A DNA stretch of 64,000 nucleotides from Trichoplax adhaerens. Its lineage: Eukaryota; Animalia; Placozoa. The stretch is from positions 9,217,268-9,281,267 of the forward strand of contig NW_002060944.1 in assembly GCF_000150275.1 (NCBI RefSeq). The letters are read 5' to 3'. Below the pieces are notes generated by a model. The model had not been told where the DNA came from and did no database searches. It was given only the letters and a program-made list of their open reading frames with translations. Below, piece after piece: positions 26,501-40,962 of this stretch (positions within the stretch are counted from its first letter, which is position 1; each line of letters starts with the position of its first letter). A program made the translations under genes and the position numbers.

Positions 26501-29500
26501 ATGTTTTACCACTGCCACTTTCGCCACTTCAATTGATGAAAAGAAATTTGTTATGATCACATACACGCTCTTACATCGGTAAACGTACCAATATAGAAAT
26601 AAATAATTTTATCAAATACTATGTGATATAAGATCTACTGAAGGCATATTAAAATTTCACAAAATTTCTACTATTGCATCAACCCATTTGATATGCTTAC
26701 TAACTACTCTAATGAAATTTAGAAGTATTGCAATCGTATCTAGTTTATACTAATGTAGGTAACTAAAATTATAGCAATATTACCTAAGAATAATAACTTG
26801 GGGCCGTTTTGTTTCTTGTAATCGACGACTCGCTTCATAAATAATATTTAATAAGTAGGGATAATCTTTACTAACAGGCGAATCTGAAGTTAACCAATGT
26901 AAATCACGTCCATTTTTCCAGTAGCCGTTTAAGGCAATTAAGACTGGTCCTATCCGACACTAATCGATTGATGAAAGAAATAAAGAAGTAGGTCAATTTC
27001 GAGACGATCAGATAGGCATTATTTGTATCAAGCCTGGCTGGTAAATTTAACGATAAGGGCTTTGCTTTAGAGGCTCTACAGCTACTTACATGTAATTCTT
27101 TTGCTTTCAGCCTCATATGAAGCATTTTGATTACCGCATCTTCCGTGTGAGGTCCTGGCATATGTATTAAGTCATCTACCAGCGATTTGGTTTGCTCATT
27201 TTGGTCTATAATTATAAAATTTAGAGTATCCTTTTATTTTCTGTATTTTTATAGATATAGAAATAACCAAGAAAGTTCTCGATATCACCATTAAACAACA
27301 TGTTTGCTTTCTTAAAGACTCAAATGATATAAAAGATGAAGTTCGCGACAGATTTATGAAATACGAACCTGTTACCGATGTTTCCCAGTTATATTCAGCA
27401 TTATAATCAACCACTAACGATTTAATCGATGATATCATTTCTTCAATACTATTTAATTCCTTGAAAATTGTTGTACATTCCGTTTCTGAAGCTGAAGAAA
27501 AGAATCAAGGTATGGTAAGTTTATTAAGAGGTATTTCAGCGCAGCTAATGAAATTGATAAATAGCGAAGGCGATTTGAAAAAAATTTAACAGTTTTACAG
27601 CGATGATCTAGAGTAAAGTTATAACTGTAGCAGTTACACATCCATAATTTTACTTCGTGAATAGTCTACATCCTTAAAGTTGGGCAACAAAATATAACTG
27701 TATCTTGGTAGAAGTTGTTAAAAGTTGCGGTTTTTCTAACCGCAATAAAAAGTGAGGCACCAGTAAATATTCAATTCCGTACATAAATATTCCATTCACT
27801 ATAATCAGTCAATCTGAAGACCAGTATACTTTTCTATTTTTCAGTTCTTAAACTTGCATAAATGTATGGATTAAATCTTATTAAATGTCCTTCAGCATTA
27901 TTCACAAAAATAATTATGGATAATAAATAACATTTGATAGATGTCCTTGCATCCCATATTGTCATCGTTGAAAATTTGTCTACAACTATTACTACTTTTA
28001 ACAGTGGAAACTGATTCACCGATGCTTTATTTTTATTTTTATTGATTAATGTATAATTTGAATTTTCGGCAATTTCAAAGTCTAATAATTCTATGATTAG
28101 TCGAGTAATTTTAAAATAAACGATGTAAAACACAACTTGCGGTAATAATATAACAATTAGCAACAAAAACTTTATTTGAATTCTTTGGATCTCAAAATGT
28201 TACATCTTAAAAAATTGTGTGCATCCTTTATAAATTGTTGACAGTGATGAATGATTTATTAATATCTAATTTGTGTCATAAAGTCATTTTAAACTATCGA
28301 TAATTCTATGAACAGTGGATTAGTCTCAGAATAAACTCCATAAACCGGAACTATTTTTGCAATAGCAGTCAGTCCATTATCTGCCCTGTGGGTCTTTTCG
28401 ATTAGAATCAATTTTAAGACATGTAGATTATTTACCGTAACTGTTAGACAGATATTGGACTATATTGGTTAGCGATTGGATATATCTGACGGATAATCCC
28501 AAGCCTAGATACATTGACCCTAATTTCGAATATACTAATGTGTGAAGAAATATTGAATTTCTTGTCGATGCTTCCTGTATAGTATCTATTACGCAAAAAG
28601 ATGCTAATAACGTTTTAATTCTTACTTTATCTCAACTAATGGTGTAAGTTGAGCTTCTAAGAAAAATTAAAATACTGATATAGTATAGAATCTTGACTTT
28701 ATTGCATCCAAGTGTAATCTTTATCATTATATTCTATTTTCACAGCACAGTGCTAGCGCCTATCTCGCAATTTACGGATCAAAACTATTGGCCTCGTTAA
28801 GCACCATCGTTAAGTTTAGATCATTACGATTAAAAAATTATCATCAGTATATTAAATCAGTTTCAAATTGAGGACAGCCTACTATGTGCCTGCTTACAGT
28901 ATCTAGAGTTACGTCAATTACAATGTTTTATAGAGGCTTTAACCGCCAAGTTGTAGAATAATCTATCATTAGTGATTTCAGTATAATCATGTCATTCTAC
29001 AGTATATCATAGACCATCTATTCATTATCAATAAAGAAGCAAACTCTTCCGATCGACTCAATTTAGCGAATACGATTTTGTAATCAAATGGTATTAGCTA
29101 TCGCATTAGAAATTAAAGTTCTACATCTTTGACTTATTATAATTTATTGTAGATGAATGAAGAGGCTTGCTTTTAATACATGGATAGACAGAGTAAGGAT
29201 TGAATTAATCCCCTAAAACGCGACTTATGTACGTGATGATAAGCAGCATTGCTTGAAAAATTTAGCCTTCACGGTATCAGGAAATAGCTTGAAAGTAATA
29301 TTTAGTCGTTCTACTCTTACTACATTCTTCAGCTAAAAAATGGCAGAGAACCGTGACTACTTTGCCATCGATACTTGGATAAAAACTCCATTGCCGGCAT
29401 ACGTCATGTCTATCAACGAAGGAATACTATTGAATATAAAGTACGTAACAAATATCTTGGAAGCACACTGTATTCGGTATTTCTGCTCTTTACTACTTTC

Positions 29501-31087
29501 CATCACGATTAACGAATAAAGCAACGAAAGAATACTATTAAGTGCGTGATGGATGTCTCGCAAGCTTTTCCGGCCTCGATAAAGAAATCACGAAAGACGT
29601 TTGATCTACGCATATTATATTTGATCAAGTCCAACATCTAGCAAATGAACGATGAAATTTTGAAACGATTTGTAGTAGCTCTACAATTGGATTTATTGAA
29701 ATTCTACTAGAAAGAGAGGAAGAAATCAAAATCTATTTCTATCCCTCGCCATTTTACACTCTGTAATGGCTACTGGTGTCAAGCAAATTAAAAAATGTTG
29801 ATAAGATTAATAAATGAATGATTTATCTTCTATTCTGTCAAAACTTAATTACATCAAATTTGATCTGAAAGAATGGATAGATAGAGTTTACCTTGAGATA
29901 CTATTATTATTTTGATGAGGCTGCCGTATGTGGCAGTTGGCACAACAGGAAACTACGTTCAAATCAATTAACTAAACTGTATGGGGTAAGGTGATAGACT
30001 GCAGAGTTTAAGACCTCCTGTTAGCCATGATGAACAAAGAGCGACAAATACATGGCGATTTCATGGCAAAATGAAGAAATATTATAATAAAGAACTGTCG
30101 AATTGAGTCATAATAACGGCGATCAACTGCTATGATTGAATTAAGTTTTTTGTAAGACTTTTGATCGAAAATTTAAATGTCTTATTTCTAGACTCCATTT
30201 TGTTAAGTAAACAATCTTGTCATCCAATTGCTACGTAGGTTAATAAAAGTATAAGGGCAAAGTCTCGATTCTATGGAAATTTCTAACGCTAAGTTGAAAA
30301 AACGCTGGATATAATCAAAATCAAACATTAAAATAAGGGGAAAACACAGTGATAGGAAAGAAGAAGCGTTTAAAATAGACTCTTCTAAAACTCTTTCTAT
30401 CATGTCGATCAAGATTGCGGTAGTTTGTTTTAGTCAATGTTATGATAAATTGCATTGATGATGACATCAAAATTCAATATGGTCAATAATAAAGAAGGTT
30501 GTAAGGCCACCTACGATCAATGTTGGGGTGTTATGACTGATAATCTTACCAGTTGCTTCGTCAGAAGATGCTCCTCCATTAAGACGTAGTTTTTCCTTGC
30601 ATTCGTCTTGTAATTTTGCAAATTTCTTGCGTAAAATTACCAATTGATGAATTAAATTGACGATATCGCTACCGTTATTAACCGTTATTAAGTCATTATT
30701 CTCATGATGTGAATCCGATGGACGTCCATGATTTGTTGTATGATTGGGTAGGGAATCTTTGGTAGAGCGACGATTAAGATTGATAATTTCATGATGAGAA
30801 GATGATTTTTGTCGCTTTGTTGAATTAGAATTAGATGGAGTATTATTTTCCCGGTCTGGTGATTCTTGTTGACGTCTATTTTCTATCCTTTTCTGACGCG
30901 AATTTCCATCATGACGATGATTAACTATCGGTGTCGTATCACCATGGGGGTGATGTCCATTTTCTTGATAGCTTTTACTACGGCTGCCATGATGATTAGC
31001 ATTACTTGTAGGACTATTGACATTACCTACGGTAGTGTGTTGGGCGTTGGTTTGTTGTCGACTTTTAACAGCTTGAAGACTCGCCAT
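20565..31087 (-). CDS. dachs: Dachs-like unconventional myosin (class XX), >20 exons; extreme 3' end uncertain
   Basis: DDLIHMPGPHTEDAVIKML; PQVIILSGESGSGKT; VGGG; TAKVDTNLDSSRVG; NYHIFYHLLSGLSQEEK; LAAILLLGNVQF; LFRCLTTRT; GILDMYGFE; LEQLCINFCSETIQHFYNTHLF; FDRVTVARQLRALEVLETLNLM; IQ motif IQALVRMYICRK; Dachs-type tail PPSIPQSRPYAVIGNSRIEFPQTRIM...VGETVTAIAAS. The first exon (30551-31087) joins in phase 1. Confidence 0.9.
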
Positions 31088-33953
31088 ATTTTTTAAATTA
31101 TAGATTCTATAGTTTAGTAAAGGTGGATAATTAAATTTAATGAATTTTGATTACCGATGGTCTCATTTCTTTTTCTATTGCAGTTGTCCTCAACCTTAAT
31201 CTATAGAACAATATCGTGGATATTAATAGATGAAATGGATCCCAAAATGATACGAAATAAAACCAATAATATTATTCTTGATCGATGTTAAAACGATGAA
31301 GTTCAAGAGTGGAAAATACACCAAATCGGTTAGATCAACGTAATTAATCGTTTTTTCTCCTGCCCCCTTTTCCTCTCTATAAATTGATAGTTATTAACTT
31401 GCTCAACCTTGATCAATATGTTGACTCTAGACTACGGCAATCATGAATCATTCAGTTGAAATTTAGCGTTTCCTTGTTAACTAAACAATCAACATCTAAT
31501 CTAAATCGATTAATTATTTCCTCGATGGCGATAACCAAAACATCACTACCACCATATTATTGCATCATGGACGATGGCTCTAAGTCGATAATGGATTCGA
31601 TAGGAGAATAGATCACACTAGCTTCCAACTAGATTGTATCGTTAGTCTTGATCAATCGATGAAAAAATAACAAGCCTTTAGTTCTAATGTATTATTCATG
31701 TGTTGTATTTGGCTTGGATGCAGTGATCACTGTTGAATATTAATTACTTTTTGTCTCCGCCTCAAAGTTCCAGGAAATCACAGTAGTAAAGTGTCGAGTG
31801 TATCAATGCAAAGGATAGCAAATTGTATCGTGATAGTCGGACATCGCGGCAATTCGGCATGGACGGAAATGATTACTTTACAGCACAATCAGGATATTGT
31901 ATGCAAGTGTTTGGTATAGAGAATTACTCGAGTAGACACCGATGCATTTTAGTTTTAGTATAATATCCTCCCTGGTGTTCTATAGACGGAGAAACACGCT
32001 AAGAGTTTATGCAACATAGGCTTCTTCTCCTTGTCTGGTTGTCCAGTCCGCCATAGATGTCGAAGTGCAATCGAGATGATGGTATACTAATTCCGTGACT
32101 AGATAAGATTAGTAATCCTCATGAAAGGAAATCTTTCTTCCTAGACGTAGAAAAATGATCTAGGGAGGATTAGATGGGATAAAAAAGGTTAAAATAAGTA
32201 CTGATAGGCCTATATGAATGATACAAATGGATCAACAATTTCAACGTAGCAAAGCAAAATAGTCTATAGAATATGCAAATAGGCAACGACCTCAGTGTTT
32301 ACTTACAATTATTGATTCTTGTTAGCTTCGGTTGAAATTCAGACCTTATTTTATCAACCGTAGAAAATAGCTTATTGACGCTTATAAACACGGTGTCATA
32401 GCCTTGGAGACATAAAATTCGCTTTTATCAAACTGACTCTTATTAGGAGCTAGGAGTATTCATGTTGGACTACAACTTTGATTTTAGAAGATCTATGTCC
32501 TTCTCAAATACGCTCGTTCCAATTGATGGATTAATATCTTGCTCGTTAGTATTTATTTTAAAGTATGCGGTTTGTATGTGTATTTAGACCCTTTTAGCTT
32601 GTGTACTCAATAGCAAGAAAGCCCCGGAACATTGTTAACTTGTAAAGACTACGAACAAATTCATTGGCAGTTCGTCCGATAACAAGCTATAAAAGGGTAC
32701 CATATCCTTTCTAATGGCAGAAAATAGTAATTTTGATCCAATACGAATGCAGATTATTGCCGACGGTATCTGCAGTTCCAATTTTAAAATGAAATGAATA
32801 TGTAGGGGTAATTTGAGTGGCGACATTATTTCTGTAAAATAAGATCTGGTGATGCTGTATTATTAATTATACCTAATTAACTTAATAATCATTCAAAAGA
32901 AAATTTTCTTATCAGGTCATCATATCAAGAAGTCATGACTATGATCATGATTATTATTCATATATTATAGCAATAGGAAAGGTACTAAGCTCTACGACAG
33001 ATATCGTCTCGTATAGATACCGTAAAGTTTTAGGAACTTCCTACTGTGAGATTTAACTCTACATCCTTGCTCCGCATTGGTCTACAGTTTGATATTAATC
33101 TACAATTGGATGATGTAGAATGATTGACAACATGCTCCTTTTAGCCGCAAATACATTCTATACTTATATTAAAAGTAGAGTACCGTAATTTACTTCTTTC
33201 TTTCCATCTGAATTACATCTTGTAGTCTATTTTACAATGAATAATAACCTCGCTGATCCATCGCGTTAATTACTTTACATATTCGCTTATGATTACAACT
33301 ATTCTGTAAAGCCATGATAACACCTATGGACAGGAAGATTTGATGTATCCTATCGATCGACAATGATTAATATTAGTTTATTCATGGGTTCATTTTGGCC
33401 TTCCATGATCTAATTCATTATCAGTTATTCTTAGCCATCCTCGCGTTATTTAGCGTATTTCATCGTGCGCATTACAAGGCAAAACAACACGCTAGCATTG
33501 TATATATATATCTTGCGATATAAGACGCTACTTTTCTTTCTACTTAATAAAAGTAATACTAAATAGATTGGTGTTTATCCAGTTATACGAGAGATTAGGC
33601 CGATATTACGTATAGCTAGATGACGCTATAGCGATAATTAAAAATGGCAAAATAATGAGTAAAGTTGTCAACATCAAATGAAGCAATAATTTATATTGTT
33701 CCGCTAATGTATTGAATAATTTACATTTAATACTATCATTCTTAATTTAACTTGATAATAAATAATCTTTATGTTTTCTTTTGATGATAAAATACAATAC
33801 AAATCAAGAGTCGTCTAGTTGTACAGCCATCGACTATTGTCTTCGTCTCTCCACTTGTAATTTTATTTTAACAGAATAACAATAAAATGACAAAGCCATT
33901 ACAATATGTGTGGCATCGTTGCTAGTTTGTAAACCATCTGCGGAATGATGTTG

Positions 33954-34275
33954 TCATGTAGGCTGTATCCCACGCCAAGAGGAAATGGCCAAATAAATAA
34001 TAATCCACTGTCTGCATTAGTGTATTAATGAATAAAAATAGAAAAAAATAAAAGATTGTCAATTAAAATACTACCATGTCTCGGTAGATCGCTTACGCGC
34101 GAAATACTTTCAATGATTTAGTAAAAATGTTCTATTTAAAATGAATATAGACTATACAATATATCAATAATTTAATGCTTTTGATTCAGGACTAATCATG
34201 ATAAAAGGAATCGATTTTTACCTTTAAGATAATATAGGCTTGATTATTCGATAGTCCGTTCTGGTGGGTTGACAT
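33954..34275 (-). CDS. Candidate 3-exon 48-aa small ORF (or a spliced non-coding transcript)
   Basis: Exons 34222-34275, 34097-34131 and 33954-34011 are joined by 90- and 85-nt GT-AG introns with compatible phases; AATAAA lies ~90 nt downstream; no recognisable homology. Confidence 0.2.
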
Positions 34276-34369
34276 TTGTTTCTATATGCTTTTAAGGATG
34301 ATATTCAAGGTAAACTTGAATATGATAAAATATCATGTAGGTATTAGAAGTGCTATTAAACTAACAGAA

Positions 34370-34960
34370 TGGCTCTATTGAGTAATAATAGGATTCAATC
34401 TATTGACTTGAAGAATTTATCGGTCGAATTAACTAGTCTTAAAGGCAGATTAAAATATCATGGATCACTGATACATAGAGGTATGATGAATAAAACACTA
34501 TTGAGACTTGCATGAAGCAATCCGCTATTGAGTAACAATGGAATTTAGTTTGTTCATCTGTTTACTCCGATATTCCAACGTCTAATTTATCATTTTGTAG
34601 TTAACTATTATGCAAGGCAGATAGTAATGTGATGAATCATCGATGTACAGCATATCTCGCAATAGGCAAAATTGAAATTAATTGCAAAGTCTATCCAGAA
34701 ATAAGCCCTGGCCAGTTTATTAATTGGCTTGAATAATTTATCGATCCAATTGACTACCAGTCTTTACTTAAGATAGAATGTGATGTCATGAAGCGCTAAA
34801 AAGACGTTATAATGCTCACTATTAATACTGTCGGTATTGCTTAGCTCTTTCAAGTTATGATAGAACTCAATCAGAAAATACTTTACTTCAATTTTTTGTC
34901 GATTTAATTTACTATTACTCAAAGCAGATTATAATGTTATTAATCATCAATTGATGTCTT
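34370..34960. repeat. Highly diverged ~150-170-bp tandem repeat, ~4 copies
   Basis: Recurring ctattgagtaa(t/c)aat, ttgaa.aatttatcg.tc.aatt.acta and aa(g)gcagat...at.at motifs. Confidence 0.4.
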
Positions 34961-36162
34961 TTAATTAGCATCATTATGGTTAATAGTCAATTTCTATACG
35001 GAAATAATATAACGAACAATGCACCGAAATTAAATAGAATAAATTGCTTGTTTACAGTGGTAGAAGGAAATCAGCTGATCCTCAAATCAGTTCATTTAAA
35101 TACTAGTTTGAAAGTAAGATACCGGAATAAATTAATGAACACTTATTCTAATTTCTGACACATTTAAATCTAAAATATATCGAAGGAGGTACAGAAATGA
35201 GTTTTTGGACGGATTAATGTACGTACATTAAAGGTTTTGGCGAATTAATTTCTTTGGGCAATGATTTTATATAAATACGTAATTAATTAAACCAAGCAAG
35301 ACTTTTGCCGCTAATCCATAGTTAAAATGCAGACTATAACATAAATCTTGATAAAATATTTGTTAGGGTAACAGTAGTTTAATGCGATAGCATGCGGATC
35401 ATAACGCTTTCAATCATCATAGAACTTGTACTATTATATCTATAGGAACTTTGTAATAGTCAGCACTAGATATTTTCCTATTTACCGACACATATTTAAT
35501 TTCTTTTGCAAGTAACGTATACCAGTATAATAAAATTACGATATAGGCACGCATCCATGACTTGTTGGTCAAATCAAACGAATGTATCAAGTTGAAATAA
35601 ACTTTATTTGCAACGTACAGTAGCATACTAATTATGCGACATCACTTCTCTAATAATAAGAAACGCATTCCACAACAGTTAGATTCGCATTACAATATTC
35701 AAATGTGAGATTAGTCATTGGTAACAGATTACCAAACAACGATGGCAAAGGATTTCGAAATATATAAATTTATGTGTGTATATGTACAAAGATTGCAAAT
35801 ACAAATATAAAATGGTTGAGCAATATGGCTATTTAAACATACAGATAGCCTAGCATTTAATTAGAAGGATGACTCTGGCAGTGAAAATCACTTTTCTGTA
35901 TGTATCAATGAATAAATTTTGACGAGTAAAAAATTGGATAATATTTAAATATGTACAATTACAGTAAACGCAACTCAAAGATAGGGATTTTTCGCAACTA
36001 AGCATACTTTGTGTCATATAATAGCTATATGTATCTCTCATGAGTACCTAAAGACTGGTAGCAAAATAATTAGCAATAAGAATTACTAAGGGGTCATGTT
36101 ATAAATAAACAGGTCGATTAATTAGCGTTACAAAATGAATGCTTAATAAATTAAAACTATTC

Positions 36163-39100
36163 TTAGATCTTCTTGGAAATATTTCGCGCCAGTGGTATAG
36201 CTCCGCCATAATTAGTCTTTTTAGGAAATTTAGAATTTAAGTTCTTCGGCGTGCCTTTTTTTCTTGAATAGGGTGAAACAGTCTTTGGTGACTGATCGAG
36301 TTTATTTCGCCTTAAAAATTCACTACTTAGAGTAACACGGTCAGCAACACTCTTTTTGTTGTATCCACGCTCTATGATGGCCGACGCAGGACGAGATTTC
36401 TTTAATTGTACAGGATCCGATTCTAAATGACGTTTATGTCTAAGTTTTATAGAAGGCAAAGATAACGTAGAAAATCAGCATAAAAGATATTGCAATAAAC
36501 AATTGAATGAAATAACCTAAATAATTCAAACATTTCATGGAACATACCCTAAATCTAATATTACAGTAGGGGATCGATTATGTTGCGATGCACGAGCTAC
36601 ATTTGGAGTGTTACTAGAGCCAAAAATTCTAATAGTAACATGACCATAGCAAAGGAATAGATTATTGCGGATTGATAAGTACTTAACAAAATGATGTCAT
36701 AAAGACAAATCTACAGAGTGCTCATTTTTATACACAAAGCGATATAGATCAAATAGTGTAAAGTAATCAACACAGCAGGCTCGTAGTTTTTAATTTTTCA
36801 AAGTGTGCCACAAATTCACTCACCTTTTATTACCACGAAGATAAGGCGATTGAACACTTTGCTCAGGCTGAGGAAAACTATTTCGGTTACAAGAAAGTCA
36901 TTAAGGGAGAATACAATGATTGACATAAAGATTTTGAATAAACTGAATAGTAAAACTATACATAAGAAGACAGAAAGAAACCCATACACATTTTGTTGTA
37001 AACAAGTGAATATACGACTGATAAAGCAGTCTAATGGTAAGTAGGATAAAACGTGTGTGAAAATAGATAAAAGCCTACTTTTCTAACCTCGTTAAAATTT
37101 TTGATTTTTCTTTCTTAGAACTTTCAGTTGTTTTATTGCTACTGTTGCTTATGCAGTCAAGGAAGAATTGATTAAATCTACGTATGTGAAATGAGCAGCA
37201 TTGGTATAATACATGTATACGTGTATAGCAGATCTAATGAATTTATAAGTTCTGCAAAGTTTGACTTGATAGCGTGAGCAGTGGAACTTGTGTACACGTT
37301 CTAAAAGTTGTATCAAGATAAAGTTCAGGATACGCAGACTTCAGACGTCTGTTAAGAGATATTCGCGTTGCTCGACTTAGACCCAATGGCTTACTCTTCG
37401 CTGACGACTGTCGAGAATTCTGTTGAAACGAGTTTAACAGCGTTTAGAGCCTTACTGATTACATTTACTAACTTTAATACTAGCAATTTTCCCGTTTGCA
37501 GTAAGAATATCAAATAAATAGCGAAACTATTGTAATCATTAGCAAATCTCCTGCGAATAATTTATTAAATGTTAAAATTACAACATCCACGTTGTCATAA
37601 TACAGATCAAAACCAACCTTGGTTAATCTATCATTTGCAATTATGTTCATCCGTACGTGCGAAGGAGCCGATATAAAGATATCATTTAGTGAATACCGAG
37701 CGGCTTTAAGCTAAAAAATCCACAGAATGAGAGAAGCAGTCATCTCAACTGCCGTTACGTTGTAAGAATCTATGCTTGTATAGAATTATAATATAGTACT
37801 TGCGAAAGGATTCGCTCCCTGAATGTAAAGTCTCGAATAGATGAACGCGTATTGCCTACGTCATCTTTTAAGCTATGCAAGACGAGGTTCGAATCCTACA
37901 TTAATATAAAGGACTTAGTGGAGCAATACTATATTCAGGTAAGGTCTGTTATATGCTGTAATAGAGTTACCTTAATGGTTTGAATGATAGCTTGCACTCT
38001 TTCCGTTCGAATCAATAAACGTGTCAAGAATCCCTTCGCTATAGCTGATACCTTATCAAACTGCGAGAGAAAATTATTCAGATTACGCTGACAACCAATA
38101 AAATATTAACACGTAAATCATTATCCGCGTCTTCACACTTTAGTTTGTAGACATAATCTACAAGTATTCAACGATTCAGTAATCTCTCTTACATACGCAA
38201 ATATCTACATACGAAGAAAACTAATCTCTTACGTTGATATCATGAAGTTCCATCCAAGCCCGTATTGGAGCAATTTGCTCTTTACTAATCGTTTCGGATG
38301 AAAAATCATTTCTCATTGGCACGGTCTCAATGCTATCATCAGTATCGAATGGATCCATACTATCGTCAAATATGTATTGAGGTCTGGCAATTACAATGCG
38401 ACTGGGAGAGGCCCTTTTAATTTCATATGACGACCGAATTTTAGCATCATCGACATCATCCACACTCTGAGGATTTTCAATAGGTTCAACAACTTGATCC
38501 ATATTTAATCGACGTCTGCTAGGTGGTCGATCTTCACTAAATGCCTGTAACACTGTAGAATCGTCTACAGTAATTTATAACACATGTTAAAAGTTTCCGT
38601 ATACTTTCCCTTGACAACTGTTGTATTTTATCGGTCAGACAATGCAATCTTTTTCAAAATATAATCTTAGCACAGTATACGTGTCTACCTGACGATGCTA
38701 CGCTTTCGTTATTGTCCTCTTGTGTCGGTGAATGGTAAATATCTTTATTTGGCGGACTGTAGTTTCTTAGACTGGTAAATTGGAAATTATCAACAGTTGG
38801 CATTTTCAAAGATGTACTATCACCTGTTTCAGGAGCGCGAGTGTGATGACTACCAAGGTTCTTTACAGATAGGATTTCATCCTTGATAGCTTCTTCCTGA
38901 TCGCTTGGTTGTGGTGTTTGTAATGAATGCTGACTAAACTCTTTAATTAAATCCTCAACTAGTCCGGTATCGCTACTAGAATCAGCGTTTGTCTCGTTTA
39001 ATTCTGTATCGTTACTAGCTAAATGTTCCTCTTTTTTGGGTGTTGCATTATCCTTTTCAGATATTCTGAAGCTGTTATCATTTTCAATGTTACTTGAACT

Positions 39101-40698
39101 AGTGTTAGTCTCTAATGGAAATTCTTCGAGATAAGTTTCCGATTTTTTGTCGTTATTACTTTTTCTGCTATGATCAGCGCTGACGTGGTTAACGTTGTTT
39201 ATGCTGAGTACTGCCGAATCTTGTTCAGAAGGTTGTTTTGGATTCGATTCAGATACTTGCTCTAACTTTTGACGATTTCTTTTTTTCTCCTATGGAGCAG
39301 TGGAAACAGGAATGAGAAAGATTCGGTCATAAGATTAATGATCAATTTGGTAAGATGTCATACCTCTAACACTTTCATTTTCATGTCTATATCCTGAAGT
39401 AATTGTTTATGCTTTGCTTTCTTGGCATCCTCAAGTTTCTTTTGCCGAGCAATCGCCATGGCTTTATATTTAGCAATTTCATTCTTATAATTATCATCGA
39501 CCTGTGCATGATTTGGATTAAATTAATGTTTTATTAAGGAATACGAAGCAGAATCGAAATTGGGATGTTAATTTCAATCACACTGCAGAGGTAAACTACC
39601 CGCACTTTAATCAAATTTATACAAAATTTCTACGTTTAGGATCAAATACCAAGCACATCCCAAGTCCTAAAGCAACATGGTTGTTTGAATTAAGAATCAC
39701 AGTCCCTTTTACTGTACACCGATTGATTAATCATCCATACAAGGAGTTATCGCTATACGTAACTATACTAAGATCAAAATTATTCAAGGACTACTAGACA
39801 TTTTAGCAGGTATTTCAAATTTTTCAATAATTCGTAACAAAGATTTATTTATCTATTTTGAGGTAGTGCACTTCCTTAACCTCCTGATCGAATGAAGACT
39901 AACCATTTCAAACCATCGGAAAAGTAAACACGAGTAATACGAATATAAATATTATGCATTATAATCAATCAATCACGGTAGAGAATTTAGTTGATGCAAT
40001 TCTTGTATTAATCTTTGATTCGTCTATGCGATATTACAAGTTTAAGCAGCCATACTATAGTCAATTTTTATAATTTGCTATATCTCTCTATTAGCCCTTC
40101 TTGCTGCCAATCGACGATGACTATTTTACCTTACCAATTCTCTCGGGTTGAGTCTATTGGGATTTTATTATGCAAACTGGCAGATTGATAAAGGTATTTG
40201 AGACTTGCGTGAAGCTACACTACAATAACTGCATTCTAATTTCCTAACTGTGAATCAAGCTTAAAAATTTCATTCCTTACTCTTGTCGATGTTGTTGTGT
40301 ATAGAAACATGATAGGCCTTGCCTATCCTACTAGTATTTAGTCTATCATGATCATCACTGGTATACCAGTAATCATCTCGACGATCAGTTCCAATGGATG
40401 GGTAGTCATAAAACTGACGTCAGCTAATGGAGGATTACGACGGCACGATTTGATTGAATGATTCTACCGCAATTATATCCATGAGTACTATTAGGGCAAT
40501 TGGTAGGCAAAATACGACACAGGACTCGTCCAGAATCAGGTCTGCTGGTCTTCTTGGATCAGGTTTAAGGTAGGATCGAATCAATTGCAAAGTGTAAACA
40601 GTACCTGAAGTGGAACTTACCCTGACTGGCAAAATAGGTCTGCCATTGATGCGAATACAAGAAGTTGGAAAATCTTCCTGAGCAGTTCTACTTTCCAT
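36163..40698 (-). CDS. CCP110: Centriolar coiled-coil protein 110 (CP110) orthologue, multi-exon
   Basis: N-terminal TSCIRINGRPILPV followed by a coiled coil (KNEIAKYKAMAIARQKKLE...KQLLQDI), a long S/D/N-rich middle, and the C-terminal calmodulin-binding block FDKVSAIAKGFLTRLLIRTERVQAIIQTIKD...RERILSQLKAARYSLNDIF...RMNIIANDR. Confidence 0.8.
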
Positions 40699-40857
40699 TA
40701 TGCTTATTTCGTCCAGTTTTCCACTCAATTTACAAAGTTAAGAACGTAAAACAGGCATTACTGTCGATTCTTAGGGTTGAATTGATTTGTTGGGCAAGAT
40801 CACATTAGGCTTGCCGCCATGATGGGCATTTGCAAATTTTTGAAATCTTGATCTGGT

Positions 40858-40962
40858 CCTGTACGGTACGGTAACAGTCCATTGCCGTACTGTACGGTAC
40901 GGTACAAACCGTACAGTACAAGATACTGTGTTATAGTCTACCGACTACAGTACGTACTGTAG
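40858..40962. promoter_or_regulatory. GTAC(T/G)GTAC / TACAGTAC motif cluster upstream of CCP110
   Basis: ctgtacggtacggta, gtactgtacggtacggtac, gtacagtac and ctacagtacgtactgtag lie 160-260 bp upstream of the ATG. Confidence 0.45.

Noticed and set aside
37884-37900. GAGGTTCGAATCCT tRNA T-loop-like motif
   Set aside because: It is the antisense of a CCP110 acceptor and exon start (DSNLV), and no cloverleaf forms.
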